DNA of 64,000 nucleotides from Paramecium tetraurelia (taxonomy: Eukaryota): the NCBI GenBank assembly GCA_000165425.1, contig CT868649.1, positions 248,001 through 312,000 of the forward strand, in the 5' to 3' direction. The position numbers and the translations under genes are program-made. The notes beneath the pieces were generated by a model. That model was not told the DNA's origin. It was given only the letters and a program-made list of their open reading frames with translations, and did no database searches. Shown in pieces: positions 40,366 through 54,607 of this stretch (position 1 is its first letter; the number at the start of each line of letters is the position of its first letter).

Positions 40366-41907
40366 TCATTGCACTGAGCTTTTGCTTAAAATCTAAGCGG
40401 TACAACTCTGTGGATTGTATACCAAAGAATGATATGAAAATCTTTCAGATTACTCAATACCCCAAGCAACATTGCCAATCATATTGAGTAAAACCAAAGC
40501 AAAATCAACATAGAATACTATGTGTTCTATATTGTACTTTTTAATCATATAAAATCCTAAATTAGTAAAAATTAAAACTCCAATAGCCTTAAATATAAAC
40601 ATAAATAAATACTCCTATTCCATAAAAGAAAAATTGATAACCAATTTAAAATGTCAAATCCTAAGTCTCTTTGACTATAAATGAAATAAAGACTTATAAA
40701 CATATAATAAAATATCCATAATTTGCTGTTGCTCCAGCAGCTGCAGCAACTAGATTGAATTCCATTAGGGTCACTAACATAGTCAATCCAGCTGCCATTC
40801 CTAGAAATCCAGCTATGAATCCTGTTGCCCAACCAGCTCCATATATCATGAAGAATCTTGTCCTTGGAGTGAAATAGCGCTCGTTCACGTTAAATTACAC
40901 AGTGTTCTTAAGAAGTTCTTGTTTGCGCATGTAAAAGAATACCAAAAGCGTAAAGACAAAGTTTACCCCAAACAAGAGTAACATTACATAGAAATTCCAT
41001 GGTTCGCAAGCAGAGAATTAATCACCGAAATCTTTATCGTTTGGATAGAAATAAGGTGACGTTTAGTAAGATGTTGTCCTGAGTAAAATGATTGATTCAT
41101 TCAAAGCAAAATTGCCAAATGCTAAGAGGATTGGCAATATAGGGAATCTTGAGGTGGATTCCTCCTAAAACTATTTAAAAATCTTGGAAATTCTTTATTC
41201 GTCATTCATATTGGTTTCAACATTAAAATCATCAGTATTGATTTGGGTTGGTTGAACTTCAATCTTCTTATCTTTTTTGTTTTCAAGAATTTCTTCTGAC
41301 TTAGCAAAATACAGAAGCACTGGGCAACTAGCTACGAAAAATATCATTTGTATAGTCAACAAAGGCAAAAGAGGTAGGTAGTTTGCCAAGTCCATTCCTA
41401 TTTGCATAGATATAGGTATCCCTAAGGCATAGACTAATCCTATCTCAAAATTAACTAAAGGACGTTCAGGATGGTCAGGATGGCTATAAACATTTCAAGA
41501 TCTATATTTACCTTTAAAAAAAAATTATAACTTGATTCACTAATTGTGCACTAAACATAAGGCAAGCAGTGATGTCCCCTGAAGTAGATGAATTTATATT
41601 TAGAATGGCTTCTAAAATGGGTCTTTTAAAAACACCACCTAATGAACTTAATAATATTCTCACCTCCAAGTGCTCCAAGGCTGCATACTCCAATAACTGG
41701 AATAATAAGAATATACATAATAATTGAGACTGCATTAGGATAAAGGATTCCCTCTCTGCAGCAGCCTATCTCACTAATTGGTTAGCCCTTAAAAGCTAGG
41801 CTACTGCAAACAGAAAACTATCCACAAGTCGAGCTATGACAATTTATTGTACCAACTCCTTAAAATAAGGAGTATTAGTCATCCTAGCATGAAAAAAATG
41901 ATGACAT
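40366..41907 (-). CDS. TauE/SafE (TSUP, sulfite exporter) family membrane protein, tandem copy 1
   Basis: ALGALG[intron]GGVFKRPI, HPDHPERPLVNFEI, AGWATGFIAGFLGMAAG, AAAAGATANY. Confidence 0.85.
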
Positions 41908-41926
41908 TATTAAAATAAATCAGATT

Positions 41927-42007
41927 GTTCATTAATAAGAATAGGCTTTAAACAATATATATTTTTAGTTCATTAATAAGAATCGGCATTTAAAAAATAT
42001 ATTTTTA
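41927..42007. repeat. Imperfect tandem duplication of about 40 bp
   Basis: gttcattaataagaataggctttaaacaatatatattttta followed by gttcattaataagaatcggcatttaaaaaatatattttta. Confidence 0.8.
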
Positions 42008-42697
42008 ACTCCCTAGAAAATTACTATTGCTTGAAAGAATGACAAAATAAAAAATTCATTTCTCACCATGAAATAAGCATTTTGTTTTGAATTTGAATTT
42101 TATTAACCATTCTATAAAAGAATTTTTATATCCACTATTAAATTATTTCAATTAAATCAATAAATATAATTTTGTTAAAGTGATATGATATAAGGCAAAT
42201 TTTTCGCTTATAATATAAAGTAAATACTATAAGAAATCGTCTCAATCATCATTTTTTAATGAAATTGCAATTTAGTTTTTTTGATTAAATTAATGATGCC
42301 CCTTGAATTGAACATCGGCAACTACTTATTATGATAATTTATGAAATTCCTTTGAGAATCATTTCATTAGAGAACTTCATAAGAGAATTTCTAAATTTCA
42401 TTACATTCAACAAATTATAATTTATTTAATTCATTATAAAATTATTTTAATTAAAATAATTAAATGAACTAGATTCAAGAAATGCTCGATTAATAAGCTC
42501 ATTATCATGGTACTATTTTGAATGTCTTTGAATTAATGGGGTATCAACCCAAGAGAAGTCAAATATTCAATTTCATATTATTTAACATTTTCTATAATAT
42601 GAATGGCCATTGATTTTATTATACATTAACAAATTTTGAACAAAATTATATATTATCTTGGGTTTCTTGCATAAAAAATAAATAAATAAATAAAATA

Positions 42698-44237
42698 TCA
42701 CTGCACTGAGCTTTTGCTTAAAATCTAAGCGGCACAACTCTGTGGATTGTACACTAAAGAATGATATGAATATCTTTCGGATTACTCAATACCCCAAGCA
42801 ACATTGCCAATCATATTGAGTAAAACCAAAGCAAAGTCAATGTAAAATAATATATGACCTACATTGTACTTCTTAATCACATAGTATCCTAAATTAGTAA
42901 AGATTAAAACTCCAATAGCCTGAAGAAATATACATGATAAATACCCCAATTCCATAAAAGAAAAATTGATAGCCCACTGTTAAAGTCAAATCCTAATATT
43001 CTCCTACTACGAAAGAAATAAAGACTTGCAAGCATATAATAAAATATCCGTAATTTGCTGTGGCTCCAGCAGCTGCAGCTACCAAGCCAAATTCCATCAT
43101 AGTTACAAACATTGTCAATCCAGCTGCCATTCCTAAGAATCCAGCTATAAACCCTGTAGCCCAACCAGCACCATAAATAGTAAAGAATCTAGAGATTGGT
43201 GTGAAATATCGCTCATTCATATTAAAATTTGCAGTATTTTTTAGTAGTTCTTTTTTTCTCATATAGAAGAGTACCCAGAGTGTGATTATTAAATTCACTC
43301 CAAACAAGAGTAACATCATATAAAAATTCCATGGTTCACAAGCAGAATATTTATTATCAAAATCTTAATCATTGGGATAAAAGTAAGGGGATGTTTAATA
43401 AGTCGTAGTCCTAAGCAAAATGATTAGTTCATTCACTGCAAAATTTCCAAATGCCAAGAGGATTGGGACCAAAGGGAATCTAGAATTAGATTCCTCCTGT
43501 AGCTGTTTGAATAACTCAGCCATTCTTTGCTCTTCAATAATGTTGCCTTTGATCTACTATTCTATAGTAATGATGGAGGATTGCTACATCTCATTGCTAA
43601 CCTCTTTATTATTTTCACTTTTTTGTTCAGATTTTGCGAAATATAAAAGTACTGGGCAAATAATCAAAAAAAAGAGCATTTATAGTGTCAACAAAGGCAA
43701 AAGAGGTAAGTAATTTGCTAATTCCATTCCAATCTACATTGAAATTGGTATCCCCAAGGCGTAGACTAATCCTATCTCGAAATTAACCAAAGGGCGTTCA
43801 GGGTTGTCAGGATGGCTATAAACATAGAATATTCTAATTACCTTTAAAAAAAGATTATGACTTGATTCACTAATTGTGCCCCAATCATAAGACAAGCAGT
43901 AATATCGCCAGAAGTAGACGAATTAAAATTTAGTAAAGCCTCTAAAAAGGGTCTTTTGACAACGCCACCTAATGAACTTAATAATATTCTCACCTCCCAG
44001 TGCTCCAAGACTGCCGATTCCAATAATGGGAATGATTAGAATATATACTATAATAGAAACTGCGTTCGGATACAAAACTCCTTCTCTACAACAGCCTACC
44101 TAGCCAGTTGGTTTGCCAGATAACATTAAACTATTGCATGCAGAGAACTACCCACATGAAGAGCTTTGACAATTTATGGTTCCAGAGCCTTGAAATAAAG
44201 AGTATTGGTCATTTTGGCATGACAATAATGAAGACAT
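42698..44237 (-). CDS. TauE/SafE family membrane protein, tandem copy 2
   Basis: Same motifs as copy 1 and shares its N-terminal introns. Confidence 0.85.
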
Positions 44238-44476
44238 TATAAAAATATTTATAGAATATTTTCTAATTTCGAAGAACATTAGAACTTACTAACTTAACTG
44301 CTAATCAAAGTAATGATTTAATAATATTGCATTTCACTGTATTATACCTCAACTTTAACAATATCAATAGTAGTCTTTCTAAAAAATTCAATTTTGAAGA
44401 AACTACCCATTTTGAACATTTTGGTATGCAAAATGAAACTTATTTCAAATAAATTAAAATAAATAAATATAATTCT

Positions 44477-46036
44477 TCAGTTATCGAGGACAAAATTTCC
44501 GCATGTTGAAGGCTGTTACTCCAATGAATGAAAACCATCCCGATAACCATTCTCAATTCCCCAAGCTATGTTTCCCATAATGTTCAAAATAACTATTGCA
44601 AAGTCAATATAAAAAATAATATGGCCAATATTATATTTCTTCAGTAATCTATAACCATAATTCGTGAATGTCAACACAGCTAACACCTATAATATCTTTA
44701 TAAATTAATTACTCCTAAGGCGTAAAAAAAGAATTGCTCTCCAACAGGCAAGCCTTAACTTTAAGAAGCACCCACCAGAAAACTTGTAAATACTTAAATG
44801 CAAATTAAGAAATAACAATAGTTGGCTGTTGCTCCTGCAACTGCAGCAATCAATTTAAATCGAACCATAGTTACAACCATTGTTAATCCTGCTGCCATTC
44901 CTACAAACCCAGCAACAAATCCTGTTAAAAATCCTGCTGCATACACATAAAAGAATCTTCTAGGAGGGGTGAAGAAGCGTTCATGAGGATAGAAATTCAC
45001 TGTATTTTTTAACAATTCCTTCTTTCTCATAAAAAAGTAAACTGAACCTGTTATCATAAAGTTTACTCCAGTTAATAAAAGAACCATATAAAAATTCCAA
45101 GGTTCACAAGGACCTTTGTCTTTATTTTGATTGTTTATATCTCCTTCTGGAAAGAAATATGGAGAATATTGATATGGTGAAGATCTTAATAGCAATAAAA
45201 GCTAAGAATAATTAATAGTAGCTAATACTTCATTGATTGCAAAATTTCCCAAAGTTATCAAAATTGGTACTAGGGGAAATCTTTGACATTATTCAGCATA
45301 AAGTTATTTGTAAAGCTTAGCTTGATTTTCAGTATAGTCATTATTATTTTAAATCTACTATTAAGACATAGTCAGAAGTGCTGATTCCTTTACTACATCA
45401 CTGTTTTGATCCTTTATATCTTCTAATTCATTCTGCCTTCTAGCATAATAAATTAAAACAGGGGAAATTGCTAAGAAAAATAATATTTGAAATGATAGTA
45501 AAGGTAGTAACGGTAGAAAGTTTGCTAAATCACTACCTAAACACAAACTGACTGGAATGGCTAAGGTGTAAATAATAGCTATGTCATAATTAATGACTGG
45601 TCGTTCTGGCACATCAGGATGGCTATTGTTCTTAATCTGCATTATTACTTTTAGAGAAATATGAACACCATATTCACTATTTGAGCACTAATCATTAAGC
45701 ATGCTGTAATGTCTCCAGCTATGCTTGCATCAAAATTCAGAATAGATTACAGAAAGGGTCGCTTTACTATTCCTCCTAAACAAATTATAAAATGTATATA
45801 CCTCCTAAAGCTCCCAAACTAGCTATCCCTATAACTGGGACAATCAACATATACACGAAGACTGTTACGAAGTTTGGCTCTAAAATCTTCATACGGCAAC
45901 ATCCAGTTGTCTCAATAAATTTGTCATTTAGAATTGAAAGACACTTGTTGTATTGACCACATCCATCTATTGAGCATCCTAAACCCCCATTAAACAAATT
46001 GAATTTAGGATCTGAACAAGAAAATGATCTACTCAT
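44477..46036 (-). CDS. TauE/SafE family membrane protein, tandem copy 3 (more divergent)
   Basis: MSRSFSCSDP...GIASLGALG, HPDVPERPVINYDI, AAGFLTGFVAGFVGMAAG. Confidence 0.85.
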
Positions 46037-47099
46037 TGCAAATAATTAAATTATAGAATCAAACTCTAACCTAATTTACTTTATTCCAATTAGAATTTAC
46101 ATTATAAAACATTATATTTCAAAGGAATTTTTTAAATATTATAAAATTTATAATATTCTAGAAAAATTTTATTGTTCTCAAAAGCTTAAAAAATATTCTT
46201 TTTGGAATGAATCTAGGTCCAAAGACCAAGGACAAAATTGTCAAACAGATATCAATTAGAATTTGAAGGGTTCAATATTTTAGTTTCAAAAGAATAAGAA
46301 TTACTTGTGTTCACATTACTGCAGGCAAGTAGATAATATCTGAATATGAAATTGCATAACCATTTAAACAGAATAGAAGAGATTATATGCTTCACTTAAA
46401 TAGGTTCCAAGTAATCAGAAATTTATAAACTTTGATCAGAAATTGGATAATACTGAAATAGTTACAAGTGTGTTTCTATTAATCTAAGACGATATTTTTA
46501 TTAATTTCAACATCAAAGAGGGTAAGTAATATCCTATTTTGGAAGTATAAAGTTGCAATGCATATGTCTACTTTTAATAAAATAATTATGCTTTTTACAA
46601 TATTTTTCATTCAATTAGAATCGAAAGGGATGATATGCTTAATATCAAAACAAAAGATTTTAGGGGTTTGATACATAAATGATTTCCATCAATATCGTTA
46701 GACTGTAAGGAATAAGAAGGAATGTATCTAATTAAAGTTGAATAGCAAGAGAATTAATAAATTAGAGTTCCATTAATATTTGCTATATTATTGTATATAA
46801 GAAATTGAACTCTAAATTCAGGTGGAATACTTATAATTATGGTAGCTTGGCTATGTTAAGGTTTCAATCGTTAAAATTATAAAGAGATTGGAAAAAAGCA
46901 ATAAAGATTAATTAATCATAGTATAGTATTGAAAATTAAAAGATATGAAAAGAATTGTTAATTTTAAAAAAGATATAGTTTTTGCTAAAATACTTAATGT
47001 AAACCCTAAGGCTATACTAAAAGATAAAATTGAGACATATTAAATAAATAGTATTTTTATCCATCTTCATTTCCCCAGGGAAGTGTTAATAAATGAATA

Positions 47100-48180
47100 A
47101 GATGAAGGAACACCTTAACCTTTAACTTGATTCAGATTTATTGCTACTATCTAATAAAAATGATACCACTAGTGTTAGTTGGCTTTTGAAATAAATAGTT
47201 AAAGTCTTTTCCAGGAAATTTGTGATGAATATCTTTTCTTTCTTCATCCTTCCTATTCAAGGCTTTTATTAAAATAATTAATACGCAATTTAAGCAATGC
47301 AGCCAATTAATTAGCATTAAATAGTTGGACCTGAGGTATGTATGGCTTATTATAATAACTTTTGGAGCTATTAATAAGAAACGTAGTTTATTGTTATGAT
47401 AGTTGATTTTCACTTGATTTTATAGGAGATCCATTGCTATTGGTTTGCTTTTATTTTTGCTTAGACTAATATTCTTGACTATCAATTAGATCTTTGCTTA
47501 ATTCAACTGTTGTTTTGGATCTTTTGTTCTAGATTTAACTTGGATTATCATAGCGATTTAGTTATTTCTCTTAGATCAGTAATTACAATAAATGTTAGAC
47601 TTTTTAAAATTCATTTTGATAATTTAACAACTATCGTCTAATCTCTATGTTATCTTTCTTATAATTCTCATTTTCAATTTTTAATTGTTGTAATTCTTCT
47701 TTTGTTGAATTAAAATTGTCTAAATTTTATTAATTTATTACATTGAATTTCTTTGATTTCATTTTCTTAACTTTCAAATTTTATCTCTAGTTGTTGAAGT
47801 TTTTCCTTCATGTTCCTCAAATGTTCTTAGGTCTCTTCCTCTCCCGAACACAGAGGATTGCCAATATTGGAGTCCACACATTAAACAGAAATTTTGTATT
47901 ATTATGATTCAAGCTATTAAGAAGTCAAAAATGATCCTAACTAACTTTTCTTATTTCTCTAATTAGAAGATTCTTAGATTATATCAATTTTACATGAATT
48001 TTAGATTAGCTTATTAAATACAACGGACTTTTCATTATTTTCTTCCTCAGTTAACATAGGGTTTTATGAACATTCGAATTCACAATCTGATTCTTCTTAT
48101 CTTATCAATTATTCTTAGTCGGAATTCGAGACGTGGCTATTACTTAAGGGATTGTTAATTTGAGAATCAGAGTCGTTCAT
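47100..48180 (-). CDS. Hypothetical coiled-coil protein (3' end uncertain)
   Basis: Open code-6 frame from MNDSDSQINNP, rich in Q/E/K. Confidence 0.5.
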
Positions 48181-48459
48181 AGAAAATAACAATTAATTAT
48201 TGAAACTAAAATATTAATTATTGAATATTATTGATAAATACTTATAATTATGCTTGTTTTTCATTTTTCATAATGATCAACCAAAGAAATGTATGTCATA
48301 TGAGTTACCATTCTTATGAATATATTATTATTAATAATCCTTACATGTTTTTTTTAGTGAATCTTGTGATAAGCACATTAAAATTCTATTTTTTATTAAT
48401 TTTGTGCAATCATTATTACTTTAATGGTAAGTTTTTTATGAAATAAACAATAAAATAAC

Positions 48460-49805
48460 TCATTCTTCAATATGAAATTCAATCAAATCATCTAATCTCA
48501 ATTTCTTTGTATTATATTCTCTAAGGTCAGGGTACTTGACTGCATCCATCAAATAATCTATTAGATATTTTAATTCTTAATCGTTTTAATCACAATACCA
48601 TTCTAAGATTGGAATACCATTTTCAATTTAAAATCCGAAAGAGTGAGCTAAATTATCAACAATAAGTATGTCTTTCAACTCCTTATTGCCTATTAACCTT
48701 AAGTCTTTGATGAAAAATCCATTTTTTGTTTCCATACAATTGTTTCTAGTCATTATACCAGAAATGTATTGCTTTGTTGGATCTAAGTAATTAATAATTG
48801 CTAATGCATATGCTGAAGACGAGGCTGTGTATATGTATATAGTATAATGTTAAGATAACTACTACAAGAATAGTGTTGTATATGGACGAATATTGATACC
48901 GATCTAATACTATTTAAATAACTTACTTTGGCCTCCTCTCCAAAATCACCGACAGCAGTTACGTACACTTAAGGATTTTCCCTTTAAGAGCATGAATGAA
49001 TTAGAGTTTCATCTAAATCAAGTACTAAGGTTTTATCTTTTTTTGGATTGGCTTCTGAGAGTTGGATTTTTTTTGATTATATGAATTTATCAGAAGGTCC
49101 TTTAAGACATTTCCTTGCGTAAATCAGTCCTCTCTATGTCAATATAAGATGTTTCTTAAATGTTTATTCATTGATTGTAGGACCAAAAATAAGATGTCTA
49201 AAAGGATGGTTGCTCAACTTATCTTTGGCATTATTTTACGAATTCTTTTTGCTTTGCTCATTGTCTGAATTCACATTCAGATTTTGCATAGAGACTGCTT
49301 ATCTAAAATAGATTTCATCTCAGTACTTAGTTTTGCTCAGCTTGGTTTATTGTTGGGGTTGTTAACTTAATTTTTACTATATCCTTTGCGCTTGTTCTTC
49401 AATATTGTAATTTCCTTCTTGTTATTAAACTTATACTAGTTTTTGTTTTTTCTCTTAGTCACTAAAATCTGGTTCCTACTCAACATCTCCTTCAACCTTT
49501 TTTGTATTGACTAGATTGCTGAATCTCGACATCTTAGCAGCTAAATAGAAATCTGCAATACCCTAAGGCTATTTAGATTGAGGCTTTTAGTTTTTAGGGG
49601 TCCCTGAATCCGAATCGTCAGTCTGATATCCATTTTGAATGGGTGGTTTCGCCTTAGGCTTTTGATTAGTTTTAGGAGTATTATCTTTCGATGTCGTGCT
49701 GTCTCCTTCCTCTTCGCTATAAAACTGAAGCTTTTGCTCTTGATTGATAACCTACTTGATATGGCCAACTTAGCCTTTTGCTTTAAAACTGTAAACCTTA
49801 TCCAT
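48460..49805 (-). CDS. NIF/SCP (CTD small phosphatase-like) HAD phosphatase
   Basis: LVLDLDETLIHS, INIRPY, YTASSSAYA, IKDLRLI, IVDNLAHSF...NGIPI. Confidence 0.92.
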
Positions 49806-49839
49806 CTTATAATATTAATATATTTAATAATAAAAAAGC

Positions 49840-51517
49840 TCAAATTCTCCCTTTTGATCTTAAGGGAGGCAATTTAGGTTGGCTTTCAGATTTATGCTTT
49901 AATTTGTAGATTGTTGAGCTTGGTTGTGCTATTTCTTTTTCATCAGTGTAACCCCATCTTGGATTTTACAATTTCGAATCAAATTCATTCAATGCTTTGT
50001 GTAATTTACTAGCTTTAAGATTTTGAGGCTTTTTCATATCATCAACTAAATGATTAGCAAACTAATACAATTCTTATAAGCATTTATTCTATCAAATTAT
50101 GACTTTATTTTCTTGGGACTTATCTTTTCTTTATCTTGAGTGTACTTTTTGGATTGCTTCTTGCTTTCATAAACACTCTTTGCATTAGCTGAATCTGCTG
50201 AAGATGAATGATATGACTTTTTGATATCCTCATCCTCCATCATCCATTTAAAATATTATTCATTTGAAATTTTGATATTCCTATCACCTTCACGATTGAT
50301 GGCATCGTATATTTTCTAGTCATACGAATCCATTTTCTCAACAACTCCATCTTCTTCATCCTCGTACTACTTCTTATTTTTCTATTGTAAACCATCAACA
50401 ATAGTTTGATAATCTTTCTTACTCATTCTATCAGGAATCCTATATTCTCCTCCTTCCTTTATGTAGCCATTATCAAAAATGATATTTGTACCTAATTTAG
50501 ACTAGAATAACTATTCATAAAACCTTCATGGCTTCAATTAAAGGAGGCTATTTTGGGTATTCAATAGCTGCTGCCTTTTCAAGTCTCTTATTGTCCTCGT
50601 CTCCTTTGGCAAATGCTTCCTTAACTGGTTTAATTTCAGGCTACGAATTTACTTCCTTCATGATCCTCTGGGGTTAATTAGTTTTTGTCTCAGGTTAAAG
50701 AATTTCATTGATCTGTAAATCTATAGGCCTAACATATTTTAGAGATATGTACTTCGTTGTTAGAAACACCACTTAACCATCATAATCATATGTGTATTGC
50801 TTATTTTTCAATTATTTTATCTGTTCCTTCTTTTTCTCCTCTTATTCGATTTACTCTTCCTTGATTTTACGCATTCTCTCATTCTCCTTCTATTTGTCTA
50901 GTTCTTAATATTCTCTCTATTCGCGAAGTCGTTCTATTATAGCATCTGGAGTTGGAGGCTTTTTGGTCTCGGGCATTTTTATTAGATTGGGTTTGTATTC
51001 TTCTTGGATTACCGATTAAATAGTCGTAATCTATTAAGAAGATCCACCAATTTTGTTTAGAAGCTTCATTTTGCTGACAGAATGTTAAAACTTTGACATT
51101 GAATTTCTAGAGAATCTTGATGAAGATTGGCTTTTTGAGGATCTAGCATCATCATAAGTTTCTTATCCTGTTTATGGCTACTATAACTTAACTATTTTAA
51201 CTCCCTTGGCAGTCAAATTATCAATTGTTTTAAAATGCTATGAGATTATAAATAATTGAATACAGGTTCATCTTCATCTATCCATTTATTCAAAATAGCA
51301 TATTTAGATTCACCATGATCAAATGGCTTTTATTATTAAATATTTTACATACTAAGAATTCCTATTATACAACTCCACACTGCCAATTAGCTATTACTTC
51401 ACAATTATATCCAGGTTCTTTGTCACATAAGTAATGCTCATAAAGATTTTGTCCACATTTTATTATTAAATAATCAATAGTTGGATTTACAACCTCTACA
51501 GTCTCAAAATTTTGCAT
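49840..51517 (-). CDS. Hypothetical protein with central charged coiled-coil
   Basis: MQNFETVEVV...LYEHYL...WIDEDEP...IDNLTAKGVK; multi-exon. Confidence 0.6.
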
Positions 51518-52297
51518 TTTATTGTTAAAGTATTAAATATTTTTAATATTTATTATAATCTAATCCAAAATTTTTAATTCTCTTGGTGCTCTTTATTAAA
51601 AGGGAATTAGTACTTTTCAATGAAATAACTTTTATTCTATTTTCATTACTCAAAATAAGGTTGAGATATTATAATTTTATTGAAATCCAGTAGGAACTGT
51701 CTTTATTATATTTTAATTTAAAGTTGTCATTATATCAATTATTAAGATCAATTTTATTTTTGCTTAAAATCAGTTTGATACGAGAAGGACTTCATATTCA
51801 TCAATTACAATAAGGAAGAAACTCATAGTAAATAAATAAAATAATTATGGATATATAATGATAAGTTTACTATGTAAACTAAGTGTAATTTTATGAGGAT
51901 ATAATTTTCTTTACAGAATTTAATACATTCAGAATGCTTCTCCTTTATTTTTTCTTTGTATTATTTTGCCCAGAATTTCCAGATGATCTTAACGGATTAT
52001 GTTTGAAATATACTTACAGTATTAATTTATAAATATTTGAATTATTAAATTTTATTATCTTTTAGAATGTTACTTTTATTATGTCTATTGTTATACTGAT
52101 AAGTGGAATAAAGATTTGTTTATAATTCAGAAAATACGAAAAAAGATCATTTTAAATTCCATAAGAATTGTTGATGTAATTGATTATATTTAGGTTGAAG
52201 TTTATTTAATTATTGTGTAATGATAATCTAAGTATATAAGATTTAGTAGCAACTAAATATTTGATTAATTTTATTTTAAATCTCAACTAGAAATTAG

Positions 52298-53050
52298 ATG
52301 TCAGTGTCTTAAGAACAAAAAATTTCCTCTACTTCCACTCTAAAGGATGATTAAACTCCGTAAAAAAGACAGTTCTAAATATAAAATTTACTCAAAAGAA
52401 AAGATTTTAAATCAGTCGTAAGAATTTTACAAACTGATAAAAAGTCAAGGTTAGGGAATTTTTGTTTACTTTAGAACAAATTATTAAAAGCTTAAATACT
52501 AAAACTAAGAATATCACGTTGGTTAAAATTTATGCATCAGAGGAGACAATGGATCTGAGTACGTCGCCAAACTCATCAAGGTTGTCAAACTGATTGATAA
52601 TGAAGATAATTGCTTACCGTTTATTAAAGTATAGTGGTATTATAGGAAAACTGAGTTGACGGGTTTACCTAAGGATTATCTAGAATGTATTTCTGAAAAT
52701 GAAGTTTTTAAAACTAATGAATTAGATTATATAGAAATTGAAAGCATAATTGGCTTGGCCATCATTTTAAGCTATGAAGAATACGATAAAATAGAAGAAT
52801 TAAATGAAAATGTATACTTTATGAGAGCTACATATTTTGATTAAAAGCTATTCCCTTCTTTTGAATAATGGAATAAGGTTTGCTTGTGTAGAAAACCTCC
52901 AAATCCAGACCTAAAGTATCTATATATTAAGAAAATAGGTATGTCTTTTGTGAAATTTGCTAAAAATGGTTTCATCTGAAATGTGTTGGACTTAGTTAGG
53001 ATCAAGCTAGCAAATTAAAAAAATATATATGTCCTGATTGTAAGAACTGA
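52298..53050 (+). CDS. BAH-PHD chromatin reader (EBS/SHL-like architecture)
   Basis: BAH: EYVAKL...IKVQWYYRK...SENEVF; PHD: CLCRKPPNPD..YVFCEICQKWFHLKCVG...YICPDC. Confidence 0.9.
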
Positions 53051-53853
53051 AATTTTAATTGATATATTGTATATATACACATATTCAATCAACTGATCTG
53101 CTAAATATTAATATTGAATATCTTAATTCATTTTCTAATTTTTATAATTAATTGAGTTTTCATGTCTTTCAATTAATATTCTTTATATTAATATTTACAA
53201 ACATAATAATAATAAAGATTTACTAAATTCCTGCTTGCAATAATGAATAAAGTTGCTAGAAATGCTGGATAAATCAATTAATCTTTTCTTCTAAGCTGTC
53301 AAGAAAGAAATATAATATGTAAAAAAATTAATTTATCAATTCTAATCAAAACCTCATTTTCATACTGGCCATCTTTTCAAGATGTGCAAATACTCCTTTA
53401 TAAAATTGGCAAGTTTGAATAATTAAAAAATTATTTTTAGAGATGAGGCTCTTCTAATATTGAGAGATATTTTGGATCTATAGATATTAATTTATTTATA
53501 GATTTGTGATATTAATAAGGATTCTATAAATTTAACCATGTGTATATATATATTTTTTACTTTTTTGAAAACTTATAAAGTATGTTTTAGAATAGAATAA
53601 CTATATATAAATAATTTATTAAAAATATATCCTCAAAAAGTAAAATTAAGGTTACTTAAAAATCCTTTTTTTAATAAAAATCTAACGATAAGTTAGAGTT
53701 CATCTAAAGCAACAGCCTTAAGCAGCAAAGAAATAAAAACTCTCTAATTTTATTATAAATAAATATTTTATTATTAAATGGAAGGAAATAATAAATAAAT
53801 TTCAAAACTGAAAAATAAAAACAAAAATGATTAAAATATCAACGCCTTTGGCA

Positions 53854-54607
53854 TCATTCATCCATTTAGTTCATCAAATCTCTTCGACCCTGTAATTTAG
53901 CATACTTCAATTAACAAATTTGCTTTTATAATTAATATCTTAGTCTACTTTATCATTTATACTCCATTTATTATTATTGTATTTTTTGAAAAACCTCAAT
54001 ACAATTTCTGGGGAAATAAAATTGACAAATGCATAACCTAGATTTCCTTCATTCTTATCTGATTAATTAATAATTACATTGTTGTCTGATGGAAGGTATA
54101 GAAAATCAAATTATGATTTGAAGTCTTTGTTGAGAAGGTTTCTTAAATCACTTGGTCTCATGTATTTAGGTATATTCTTTAACATTAGGGTGGTTCTGTC
54201 ATCATAAAGAATCTGAAGTAAGAATTAATTATTACATTCTCCTCACAAATGTCAAGGTTGTAATACAGCGTATTCATTTTTTAATACAATAGCTTTTCAT
54301 CACAATCAAACAAGAACTTCATTTCTATGAGTTCTTAAAAAAGTAATTTTTGGTTTTAAAGACTCCCTTCATCTGGCATAAGCAGTTTAAAGTCTCATGA
54401 TATAAAAGTGATACCAAATGCACATAAAGAAGCTTCAAACCTCTCTTCTGAACTCAGCTATGGTCTGGGTATTTATAATTTAGGCATGTATTTGGAGTCG
54501 AAGGAGGAATCACTTGAACTTGCAGGCGAAGCTGTTGTATTACGTTAGGATATCCTTCCTTTTTATGGAGTTGAGCTGAATGCAATGTCTATAATATTAC
54601 AAATCAT
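53854..54607 (-). CDS. Mei2-like C-terminal RRM protein
   Basis: DDRTTLMLKNIP...FDFLYLP...NLGYAFVNF...ICQLKYAKLQG. Confidence 0.88.

Noticed and set aside
46200..47050. Coding-like plus-strand region
   Set aside because: Frames break at TGA codons without clear introns and no family was recognised; possibly a pseudogene
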